This document shows, in pieces, positions 1 to 11,521 of a stretch of 64,000 nucleotides of DNA; the first letter of the stretch is position 1; every line of letters begins with the position of its first letter. The stretch lies in NCBI RefSeq assembly GCF_006345805.1, contig NC_042998.1, forward strand, positions 152,272,001-152,336,000, read 5' to 3'. This stretch comes from Octopus sinensis. Taxonomy: Eukaryota. The notes beneath the pieces were generated by a model. It made no database searches, was not told where the DNA came from, and worked only from the letters and a program-made list of their open reading frames with translations. A program made the translations under genes and the position numbers.

Positions 1-800
1 TTTGATTGGATCAGTCTATGGTGAGACCAGCACTCCCCAATGGAGAAAGAACGTGTTACTTAGACATCTTTCCTCATGGGAAACCTCATAATTATGTAAT
101 CAATGAGGTGATAATGTTTTGATCGAGGATGCTTCCAGATAGTTTTGTGGTGGTTGAGAAGTTGGAAAATAGCATTTGTAATCAAGAAGCCATACTCACT
201 ACGAAGCGATAGCAGCAGATGGATGTTTGAGTTAGCCTTGCCAACACCATGATTACCTATTACGTCATGCTATATGGATGTATCACAACCTACGCGTACA
301 TTGAAATCACCAAAGAGAAGTTTATCATGGATGAAGACACCTCTCAACTGGCTACGTAGCTCAGAGTAGAACTGTTCTTTGACTACTTCGTTTGAGATCA
401 TCGTTGGAGCATAGCCGCTAAAAATAGTTGCATATTTATTTTTGCCAATGCAGTTACGCAATGAAATGAGTCTTTCACTAATACCAACAGGGAGAGATTC
501 AAGATATTTCACTAGGTCATTCCGAATAGCAAACCCAACGTTCAATTGAAGAGTTCTTACATTCCAAGCTGGAGTTAAAAGGTTTTTTTGTTCTTGATTT
601 GCTTAATTGTCTGGTACAGGCTTGGATACACAGTCATTTGCACCTATTAACATGGAAGAATACGAGTATGCAATTTTTATGTCGCAGTTTCCTCCATAGG
701 AGGAAAGCAGTGCCATCCTAAACAGGGCTACTTTATTGTGAAAGGAAGACACGAATTACACAATTACCCGAAGATGTTTTGAAAAGCGAAGTTCAAGCTA
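1..800 (-). mobile_element. RTE-clade LINE 5' fragment: putative 5' UTR plus decayed APE endonuclease, continuing off the window edge
   Basis: Minus-strand translation gives WNVRTL (549-566), VGFAI..LPVGISERL..GYAPT..GDFNVRVG (ORF 270-545) and WKHPRSKHYHLIDYII (near 90-140), all typical RTE endonuclease motifs; in-frame stops are present. Confidence 0.9.
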
Positions 801-859
801 AGAACTTCCGGTGACATCTTTCACTTGTTCCCGTTGTTATCCCTTCATCATCAAAGAGG

Positions 860-1545
860 CATTTTTTGGAGGAGATAAACTGGAGTTACCCTCTTTTTGC
901 TTCTTCACTCTTTCTCCTCTCCTCGAAAGTGGAACAGCGGAAATAAATTGTTCTTCGCCAGTATGGACGGTCAGCGGCTTCTGTTTCCCAGGTGTTAGGG
1001 CTGATTCTGGCTTGAAGGAGGAAAGACTTCAGTAGATCTTCTAATCTGCGTTTTGGGACTCCGCGATGTCGTTTGCTGTTAACAAGCTCGCTGTAGAGAA
1101 TGGTCCGCGGGAGTTTTGAAGGGGCCATTCGAATGACATTTCCTGACAACCTGAGATGATGCTTGCGGATGGCAGCTTCAATGCTTAGCATCATTGAGTG
1201 ATTGAGGACTTCGTTGTTGGTGCGTCATTCCTGAAATCTGATGTTGAGGATCTGCCGAAGCTTGGCTTATTAGAAATACTTTCACATGTCCCGAATTGTG
1301 AGAGAGTACTACCGAGACATTGAGAGTTGTTTCCAGAAGTGTGTCTCCTATATTGATGGTAACTTCTGGTATTTCAGAATGAGGAAGTATCTTCGTTTTG
1401 TCCGCATTCACTTTCATTCCAAAGTAATTGTAGGCTTCGGAGACAAGAATCGAACAATGCTGGAGGTCGGCAACGGAGGAGGTAGGGATGGCATTGTCGT
1501 CTACATACTGGAACTCTTTCTTTCATGCCATTACTTGATGTTCGG
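860..1545 (-). mobile_element. RTE-clade LINE 3' fragment: end of RT plus C-terminal domain
   Basis: FQYVDD catalytic motif (YVDD at 1496-1507), then GMKVNADKTKIL and the RTE C-terminus SIEAAI..LRLSGNVIRM..LPRTILYSEL..WETEAADRPYWR (ORF 886-1194). Confidence 0.9.
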
Positions 1546-2164
1546 GTTTTGAATCCATATCACGAACATGTGTGTGTGTGGGGGGTGTTTTCAATACCTT
1601 CCCCTGCAACTTGTACCACCATATCAAGGCTTTGTCCTTGCCACTTCCTGTGGGGTGTTCTGGTGGCCTGTGCGAATATATGTATATACGAGGACGCCCA
1701 TTCTTGTAGAAATGTACTACACACACTGTTGGTTTTAGTTTTACATTTTCCTACAAGTCTTTTTCAAACTGTCATAAGTTCGCTGCAGTTTTTGGGGAAG
1801 GGGTGGGGTAGAGGCAGTAAGATTTCTAAATCCCTTACCAAACTACATATAACTAGTGGATATGACCGCTGCGGACCAACAGCTCTAATTTGAATTTCCG
1901 GCCGTTACATTTTTAGACTGAGAGCCATGCTGGCTCGTGATTATTCTATGTTTCTGACTAATTCTTTGTCTCTCTCTCTCTCTCTCTTTCTATCTCTACC
2001 TCTCTCTATCTATCTAGTATATCTATCTATCTCTGTTGATGTCAGTATTCTGCTGTTTGGAGGATTACTTCCTTTGACACGAATACCATCATCATAGATT
2101 TCACAACTTTACACTTTCAAATTTTTAAATAAACTTCATAAAAAATTATAAACTAGAAAATGTG

Positions 2165-2203
<39 letters not shown>

Positions 2204-2205
<2 letters not shown>

Positions 2206-2449
2206 GCGCCCTTTTAAAGCCTAGCCAGGCTCACGGGCTCGGTTTCCCGGTTTCTATGGCGTATGTGTTCCCCAGCTGGACGGGACGCCAGTCCATCGCA
2301 GCGTTACTCATTTTTGCCAGCTGAGTGGACTGGACCAACGTGAATCGAAGCGTTTTGCTCAAGAACACAATGCGTCACCCGGTCCAGGAATTGAAACCAC
2401 AATCTAGCGATCATGGTGCTGACACGCTAACCACTAAGCTACGTGCCTC

Positions 2450-2452
<3 letters not shown>
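2204..2452 (-). mobile_element. tRNA-derived SINE (family with V-SINE/DANA-like core)
   Basis: Minus strand starts GTGGAGGCACGTAGCTTAGTGGTTAG (A box) and GGTTTCAATTCC (B box), followed by GCGATGGACTGGCGTCCCGTCCAG; flanked by (TA)n and (CA)n. Confidence 0.75.
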
Positions 2453-2480
<28 letters not shown>

Positions 2481-2754
2481 ACACACACACATACACACAC
2501 ATATATATAGGCTGAGCAGAAGTCATGATATCGGCATTTTAATACTCGGAGGAGGCATCATGATACATGTAACTCAATATTCAGATGACTCCTAGTTCTC
2601 CATGTCAACTAGCTTTTTCTCAACTACGATGTAAATCTTCATACTCTGCAACGCTGTTGACTATTTACAAATGCATCCAGCTGTTCCAGAAAATAACGAC
2701 ACACAACAAATCGTCAAATTTATCCCGAACACCGTATATCTAGAAAACTGGCAT

Positions 2755-2779
2755 ATCTCTCTCTCTCTCTCTCTCTCTC

Positions 2780-2815
<36 letters not shown>

Positions 2816-2970
2816 CATATATATATATACATATATATACATATATATACATATATATATACATATATATATATACATATATATATACATATATATATAC
2901 ATATATATACATATATATACATATATATATATATACATATATATGCATATATATATATACATATATATAC

Positions 2971-3005
<35 letters not shown>

Positions 3006-3058
3006 CATATATATACATATATATATACATATATATACATATATATACATATATATAC

Positions 3059-3089
<31 letters not shown>

Positions 3090-3158
3090 CATATATATAC
3101 ATATACATATATATACATATACATATATATACATATATATACATATACATATATATAC

Positions 3159-3243
<85 letters not shown>

Positions 3244-3250
3244 TATATTA
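2755..3250. repeat. Compound (CT)n/(TA)n/(TATATATACA)n microsatellite
   Basis: Seen directly; source of the spurious YIYI ORFs. Confidence 0.98.
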
Positions 3251-3292
3251 CGGAGATGTACTTTGATTTGATCTGAGAGCGTGTGCTGAAAC

Positions 3293-3442
3293 GAAAACAA
3301 TTGCAGCGTGGAAGGTATTTGTAAGCCATTTAAGAAACACACAAAAATATTTTGACAAATTAAACTTAAATGTTGAAGTGAATCGAACGGCTTTTGTGTG
3401 TTTCTTAAATGGCTTACAAACACCTTCCACGCTCCAATTGTG

Positions 3443-3445
<3 letters not shown>
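3293..3445. repeat. Fold-back hairpin, 54-bp arms, 45-bp spacer (MITE-like)
   Basis: 3293-3346 is the reverse complement of 3392-3445 with about 3 mismatches. Confidence 0.9.
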
Positions 3446-3500
<55 letters not shown>

Positions 3501-3501
<1 letters not shown>

Positions 3502-3617
3502 CAAATTAATAAATAAAACATATGCATATATACATACATATATGTACGTACCTACATCTACATATATATATACTTCCATATATGGGTACAGGACACCAAA
3601 AAAACTTCGAACACAAT
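3501..3617 (+). repeat. Fragment of the repeat family forming the outer arms of the 57611-58702 fold-back
   Basis: ACAAATTAATAAATAAAACATATGC...GGGTACAGGACACCAAAAA matches 57618-57720. Confidence 0.85.
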
Positions 3618-5831
3618 CTCTTGTGTTCCCACGTATGCCCTTTTACCATACTAAACGTTTAGTTATTTTTCCTTCTTCGCAAATTTCTTTGTCATATTTA
3701 TATTTTTAAAAATAACACTTTGTCACCTATAATGAAATACTTCATTTTATTTTCAGTGTTTCTGCGTATTTTTTTTGTTTTCTTCCCTGTAGTAGTTTAT
3801 CAAATACTGACTGGACTTTCCTGGCAAAGTATTGAGTCAATGTAGTAACCACTAATAATTCATTTCTAGTTTTCCTCATAGCTCTCTTAAATGTGTCTAC
3901 GAGACGATTCTCTTGTCCGTTGGATCTTGGACGGTATGGCGGGTTGGTAATATGCCCCACTGAATGCATTTTACAAAAGTTTTTAAATTCCTTTGCTGTG
4001 AACTGCGTTCCGTTATCAGACACAATAGTGTCTGGAATACCAAATCGTGCAAAAGTTCATCCAAAAATGCTATTGCTATTTTAGAGGTTGGCTTTCTGCA
4101 TTTACATATTTCCGACCATTTTGTGCAACTATCTACGACTACTAGATAATACCCACCATTTAGTGGCCCTGCAAAATCTCTATGTAATCTAGACCAAGGT
4201 GTGTCCGTCTTTGGCCGCGACTGAATTTTTAGTGATGGTGCTTTCGCTGCTAGGGAACAACCCCTGCAAGCTTTCACCAGTTTTTCAATATCCTGATCCA
4301 TATTCAGCCAATAAATGTAGTTTCTCATAAGTGCCTCCATACTCCCGATTCATGGATGTCAGACGTTAAATTCTTTTCACATCCGATTTTGTAAAGAGAC
4401 AGGTATCACAACCCTCTGAGCGTACATCAATACGTCGTCACATATCGAATAGCATTTCTATCCCGCGTTACGCTCAGCTACATAAGTTTTTATCTTTGTC
4501 TCAGACTTTACTATTTTTTTCATTTTATTTATAAACACATCTTTCTCTGCTTTAATTTTTAATCAGTCTAATGTGACCGGTAGTTCGTGCACTACATTGC
4601 AGAGTATTTTTTCGTTCCAGATTTTAGAGCTGCTATTACTGTCTCCACTAACAGTTCATTGTGCTTAGGAATCAATCTTGACAGTCCATACGCATGTCCT
4701 AGTTCTTTCGATGGCGGAAATTCCAAATTAAAATCATAATTTAGCAGGATCGTCCCCCCCACCCCCAGCGTTGCAATCGTTTGGTTGTATGTGTGAGAAT
4801 ACCCTTTTTCGATCCGTAAATTGATAACAATGGGTGGTGATCTGTTTGCAAACTGAACTCCCTTCCATGTATGAATTTGTGAAGTTTTTTCACCGCAAAG
4901 ATAATAGCTAGTGCCTCCTTCACAACTTGGCTATAGTTTTTTTTCCGCCGATAACAATGAACGTGATGCATGTGCGATAGGTTTTAAATAACGTTTTCAA
5001 ACATGTAGAATTACTGCTCCGATCCCACTCTCGCTAGCATCTGACGTTGCTACTGTTTCTAGTTTTGGATCACAATGCGTTAATGACAGCTCTGATGTTA
5101 AAACCTATTTTTAAATTTCGTCGAATGCCTTTTGGCATGTCAGACGAATACCATTTAACGTCTTTTTTCAATAGATTGTTTAGGGGTGCTCTTAGCTAAT
5201 GCATATTCAGTATATACGTTTGAAAATAATTCGCAAGCCCCGAGAACGCTTGCAACTGTAAGTACGCCTCCCACAAATCCAGTTTTGAAAAGAACATACC
5301 TCCATTAAGCTTGGCAAAAATTTCCTCTGGATTTGGCAAAGGGTAATTATATGTCATCAGATATTCATTCAAGCCAGTTGAAAAGTCAGCGCAGACCCTT
5401 ATTTTATTATTTTTCTTCCTTACATAGACAGGCGGTGATGCCCATTCCGAATAATCTATTTCATCTATTACTCCAATATATTCGACTTGGTCCAATTCCT
5501 TGTATACTTGGTTCAATGCCGCGAAAGGTACAGCTCGCTTTGGTTTAAATACTGGGACAGCATTTTCTTTTACTTCAAATCTTACTTTCGTCTTAGTGCA
5601 CCTACCTAAGTCTTCTGAAAAAACATCAGGAAATATCTTTTTTAATTTCTTTTTTACATTTTCCGACACCTTATTTGAACTGGTGTACGAACTGTTTACA
5701 TTATTATCGCTTCCTGTATCCAAAACATAATTTTGTATTTACGTTATTTATTTTTGCAGATACAAATTTTCTTTTTTGTACCTCGTTTTCTATTTTCGTT
5801 GAGAATACTTTTTGGGAGTTCCTTTAGAAAC

Positions 5832-6915
5832 GCACCTCTCCAAGAAAATGAAATGCAATTTTTAAAAAATTATGTAAATGGAAAATATATATAAAATAAA
5901 TGATGTATGCGAAAAATTAGAAAGATTCAACCATTTTTAAATATTTTATACTAAAAAATAAAAGAAACGGAAAACGGGAACCCGAGGTATTAACAAACAT
6001 GTCGGACTATATAAGGGGGGGTAATTTACTTTTACCAGTCGTATTATTAATGATACGAGGAGCCAGACAATATCGTTTACAAATTCTTGATTGTTTTTAA
6101 TCAGATTTTTTTTACTGTGCACACTCATTAGGGTTAGGGTTAGTTTTAGGGCTAGGGTTAGTTTTAGGATTAAGGTTAGTTTTAGGGTTAAGGTTAGTGT
6201 TAGTTTTGGGGTTAGTGGTAGGGTTAATTTTAGTGTTACGTTTAGGGTTAGTTTTAGGGTGAGGATTAGGTTTAGGGTTAGGGTGAGTGTTAGGGTTAGT
6301 TTTAGGTTTATGGTAAGGATTAGTGTTAGTGTTAGGGTAAGAGTTAGTTTTAGGGTTAGGGTTAGTTTTAGGGTAAGGGTTAGTTTTAGGGTTAGGGCTA
6401 GTTTTAGGGTTAAGGTTTAGGGTTAGTGTTAGTTTTAGGGTTAGTGTTAGGGTTAATTTTAGGGTTAGTTTTAGGGTTAGGGTTAATTTTAGAGTCAGAT
6501 GGTGTACACTCACTTTACTTTCGCCCATTTTATGAAGTGATATACGACAGAAATAATTATAAAACAATAGAGTAAATATGTTTAAGACGTATGCAAATTT
6601 TGTTATTTTTATTTTTGTTTTCAGTTTACAGAGAAAATAAATTATACAACATATAATTCAGTGGCTATTTGGCCCCTCGTATCATTAATAATACCTGATT
6701 GGTAAAAGCAAATTACTGCCTATTCTCTCGTCCGACATGTTTGTTTAGAATCGCGAGTGCCTGTTTTTCGTTTGTTTTATTTTTTAGTATAAAATATCTA
6801 AAAATGGATGAATCTTTCTAATTTTTTTTTTTTTGCATACATCATTTATTTTGTATATATTTTCCATTTTCATAAATATGTTTTTAAATTGCATTTCATT
6901 CTGTTTGAGAGGTGC
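5832..6915. mobile_element. About 1.08-kb non-autonomous element with about 235-bp terminal inverted repeats and an internal TTAGGG-variant array, inserted in the gypsy element
   Basis: 5832-6064 is the reverse complement of about 6671-6915 (GCACCTCTC...GAGAGGTGC); it separates the gag zinc knuckle from the protease. Confidence 0.85.
6128..6495 (+). repeat. Degenerate telomere-like array (TTAGGG with TTAGTT/TTAGTG/TTAAGG variants; frequent GGTTAG-GGTTAG-TTTTAG 18-mer)
   Basis: Seen directly. Confidence 0.95.
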
Positions 6916-7582
6916 AAATTCTTATGTCTTGTTTTGCCGCAACCAAGGGTAGTCGTTTTTAAATGTATTTCGCCACACCCATAGCACAGTTTAGGTCTGG
7001 GTTTTTGTTCCCCCCTTTTTTGTTGTAGTCGACATGCCTGTATATTTACATTGTCCCTTACCCTTTTTTCTGTCTTGTTATAGATTAATTATCCTTTGGC
7101 ATTCTTCCGCCACTATTCGTAAAGTTAATTTAGTGTCTTGCTCTAATTTTGTCAATATTCGAGCTCGTATATCCCCATCTTTTCTTGCAGTTAATCCTTT
7201 TATGAAGATTAAACATTTGAACATATCTGGAGTCAACCCACTTAATTTGAATTTCTCATATTCTTTGTTTATGATACCTACGTACGTAGCAAAGTCATCT
7301 GTTTCATGCTTTTTCAAATTCAGGCATTCCCAGTGAATGTTAAATAATGAACACCTCTCATTATCTAACATTACGTGTTGGTGAATTAGCCTATTGACGA
7401 ATATCTTCGCCAATAGACTAATTGTTTCTTCGAAACAAATTTCTGGCGGTTTCCTTGACAAGATGAAATTGCAGTATTTTTCGTGTTCTGCCGGTACTAA
7501 TTTTCGTAAAAGAAGCCTTACCTTCTTTTCATCTGTTTATGCGTTTGTGTGTGTATGCATGCATGAATGCATTCATGTATGT

Positions 7583-8027
7583 ATTGCTGGTACTACCCTA
7601 GTACCCTTCATTATGAATTAATAATTTTACCTTTATAGTTTTTATGCATGCTAAACATTTATATTATTATTAATACTAATATCCTTATATATTTTTATAA
7701 TTTTTAATTCACTTCGATTATCTTTTAAATTTGCTGCTGCATTAAAAATGATCAGTACGCACATGATTAAGACGAATACGTTTACGAGTATGTAGAGACG
7801 ACCCCTTCGTCAGTAATACTCACCGATGATGAACTAAGTGATAATTTACAGGGTTCGAAATCACTTGATATGAGTATATCTGAAATTACATTTACAAAAT
7901 TTTTTCGTTAATAGAAAATTGGGCTTACATATTTTGTTCGTTCCCTCGAATTCACCAGTGTGTACAAGTGAAAACTGTTTTTAGAATTTTTAGAATTGCT
8001 GGTACTACCCTAGTAACTTTCACTATG

Positions 8028-8028
<1 letters not shown>
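7583..8028 (+). mobile_element. 412-bp unit with 34-bp terminal direct repeat and a central hammerhead motif (retrozyme or PLE pLTR-like)
   Basis: ATTGCTGGTACTACCCTAGTA.. at 7583-7616 and 7995-8028 (31/34 identical); hammerhead motif at 7816-7877. Confidence 0.65.
7816..7877 (+). ncRNA. Type I hammerhead ribozyme motif with U4C substitution
   Basis: atactca CCGATGA t gaac..gttc GAAA tca-ct-tga TA tgagtat; 7-bp stem I. Confidence 0.65.
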
Positions 8029-8096
<68 letters not shown>

Positions 8097-8777
8097 TAAA
8101 CGGATTTAAGAAGATAAAATGAAATAAGTGCACATGTGCATTAATTAGTCAGATAACTTTCCATATAATGATAATAAATGGATATATTCCAGATGATATA
8201 AATTATGATTAAACTTATGAATTACCTTGCGATAAAGATATGTTTTTCGGGTTACATCTAGTGCTTAAAGTTGTACTGATTGTTTATAGATCGAACTGCA
8301 TATATCCAATTAAATGCAATAATTATGAGGACATTGGTGTCACGTAAGTAAACAGATATCGAATTGAATAATTGAGTTCAAGTTGAATCTAATAGAGTGA
8401 AACTTTTTAAATTAAACATTTTGGCACCTCTCTTTACTACGGCTGTGTAGAGATATTTTCAGATATAATTTGTTTGGATATATAAGGTAGACAGCTCGAA
8501 ACTTTACATTCACATACACCTATGCACACATATACGTATACACACAAATATATACATACATAGATACATACATACATACAAACATATATATATATACATA
8601 CATACATACATACATACATGTGTGTGTGTGTATATGTATAAGTCAGATGTATTTAAAAGCCCTAGGGGATGGTTAAATCCAAAGGCACTCCTAGTGATTA
8701 GCTGCGTAGGTACAGTCCTAAGTAAGAGGTATTCGGTGGCAGGTAATTTAGCGGGTAAACCGTAGTTTAAATTATAT

Positions 8778-8975
8778 GCAAGAAGAAAATGGAGTTAAAA
8801 TAACAGGAAGAGGTTGATCGTTTGCGCTAGTAAGCCATTAATTTAATTAATTAATAAAGAAAAAATGGTAGTAATAGTATTACTACCACTTTTGTTTATT
8901 AATTAATTAAATTAATGATTTACTAGCGCAAACGCCCAACCTATTCCTGTTATTTTTCCTACATTTTCTTCTTGC
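8778..8975. repeat. Near-perfect about 198-bp palindrome centred on 8877
   Basis: GCAAGAAGAAAATG..GGTAGTAATA-G-TATTACTACC..CATTTTCTTCTTGC; 1-nt spacer. Confidence 0.92.
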
Positions 8976-8979
8976 CTAC

Positions 8980-10003
<1,024 letters not shown>

Positions 10004-10059
10004 TATGTATAAATATAAATATATAATAGTAAATATAACAGTTTAAAAGTTTCGAATTA

Positions 10060-10850
10060 AATTTTTAAAGCATCTTACGATCGTTCCGCAGAGGTGTAGT
10101 CCCTATAATGGAATCCTATATTGATAAGCATTTATAGACAACACTTCTGCTCCTCAAAGATATAGAATGTGAAATTTGTATATTTTATCGAATGGTAGTT
10201 TTTTTTTTTTAAATATGAAATAATATGGGAAAATAGTATGTGTTTGAAATATAAATTAAAAATTACTGCTTTTGATTTTGGTAAGTACACTTTAGTATAA
10301 GAATTTTAAAATCCTCTTATACCTCCTTGGTAAGTCTTCTGCAGTATTCCAGAATAATTATGTATAAAATCCATTATATTGTCCTATATTCCAAATATAG
10401 TTCATAGAATTAGATAATATAAAATAAAATATATGTGAAATTATGTGAAATTATAAAATTATAAATTGGTCAAAGTATTTCATTTATATTTTTATTTGTA
10501 TAATTGGAAGATGCCAATATAATTCTTTAATGCACGGGTTCTAATTCTAAGAATACCTATTCAATATTTATTTAATGTATAATTTATGTCGTGTAAATGT
10601 GCGTATAGTCAAATAATTCTAATTGATTTATTTATCAATCTACTTGTAAGTATCACCATATATTTTGATATCACAAAAAAACCCTATATATATATAGTCA
10701 CTAATCTAAATCTTCATTAGATCTCCTATAATATTTAAAGGTTTTATAAAACCTATGTCTACATGTTGAAGGTGTTGTAGAGAAGGATATTTTAATTGAT
10801 GATCTATTAAATATGTGGTGATATTTAGTGTAACAAATACTATTATATAT
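10060..10850 (-). pseudogene. Possible highly decayed PLE ORF remnant
   Basis: SVVYKC..IGTT (GIY-YIG-like) near 10090-10150 on the minus strand; the rest is AT-rich and barely alignable. Confidence 0.35.
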
Positions 10851-11099
10851 TTATACTTATACATATTATACTTATTATTATACTTATATTATACTTATAC
10901 TTATACATATTTTTATATATATTTATATTTTTAATACAACAATTATTCTACAGACGCATATATCTTTCTGAAGAATTTTGATAGTGATTTCCTGATATTA
11001 TTAACAATATATTATATAGTATATATGTATATGTATATATATATGTATATATATGTATATGTTGATATATATATATGTATATATGTATATATATATGTA

Positions 11100-11189
<90 letters not shown>

Positions 11190-11190
<1 letters not shown>

Positions 11191-11460
11191 CGTAGATACT
11201 CGAGTATAATCTGTATTTTTTCTCAAAATTTAAAGCTCAAAATCCCTAGTGCGTACTATATACGAGGTTAATAAGGAAAATTATTTTCTGAGCAACGTCC
11301 TGGTCTCTATTTGCTGTCCGGCAATGTTTATTCAGATGCATTTTGTGATGTCAGGCGCGAAAATACCTTAAGCGAAGCCTGAAAGCAATGAAGTCATAAA
11401 AGAATCATACATAACTTGCAGTAAGCAACATTTATTAAACGTTATTACTGTTATTTCTTT
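11190..11460 (+). mobile_element. Left part of a Tc1/mariner (pogo-like) MITE, same family as 52278-52728
   Basis: CGTAGATACTCGAGTATAATC..AATCCCTAGTGCGTACTATATACGAGG aligns with 52278-52500. Confidence 0.8.
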
Positions 11461-11521
11461 ATTTTCTGCAAACAAAATACACAAAAAAGCAACACGTTTG
11501 CATTATGTTCATTGCATTTTC

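Larger units (their letters stand above)
3600..7535 (-). mobile_element. Decayed Ty3/gypsy (Mag-like) LTR retrotransposon internal region: gag-PR-RT(deleted core)-RNaseH-IN; no LTRs visible
   Basis: gag (EKKVRLLLRKL..EHEKYCNFI, ORF 7078-7461; zinc knuckle CYGCGEIH near 6960-6990); protease DTGS (about 5710-5723); RT N-terminus (WASPPVYVRKKNNKIRVCADFSTGLN); RNaseH (YSQVVKEALAIIFAVKKLH..TDHHPL); integrase (HHCC-region WLNMDQDIEKLVKACRGC, HRDFAGP, SDNGTQF, PRSNGQ). Many stops and frameshifts. Confidence 0.93.

Noticed and set aside
6112-6567. PNPKT-repeat ORF, and the TTAGGG tract as a true telomere
   Set aside because: It is a translation of a variant array that lies inside inverted repeats with ordinary sequence on both sides.
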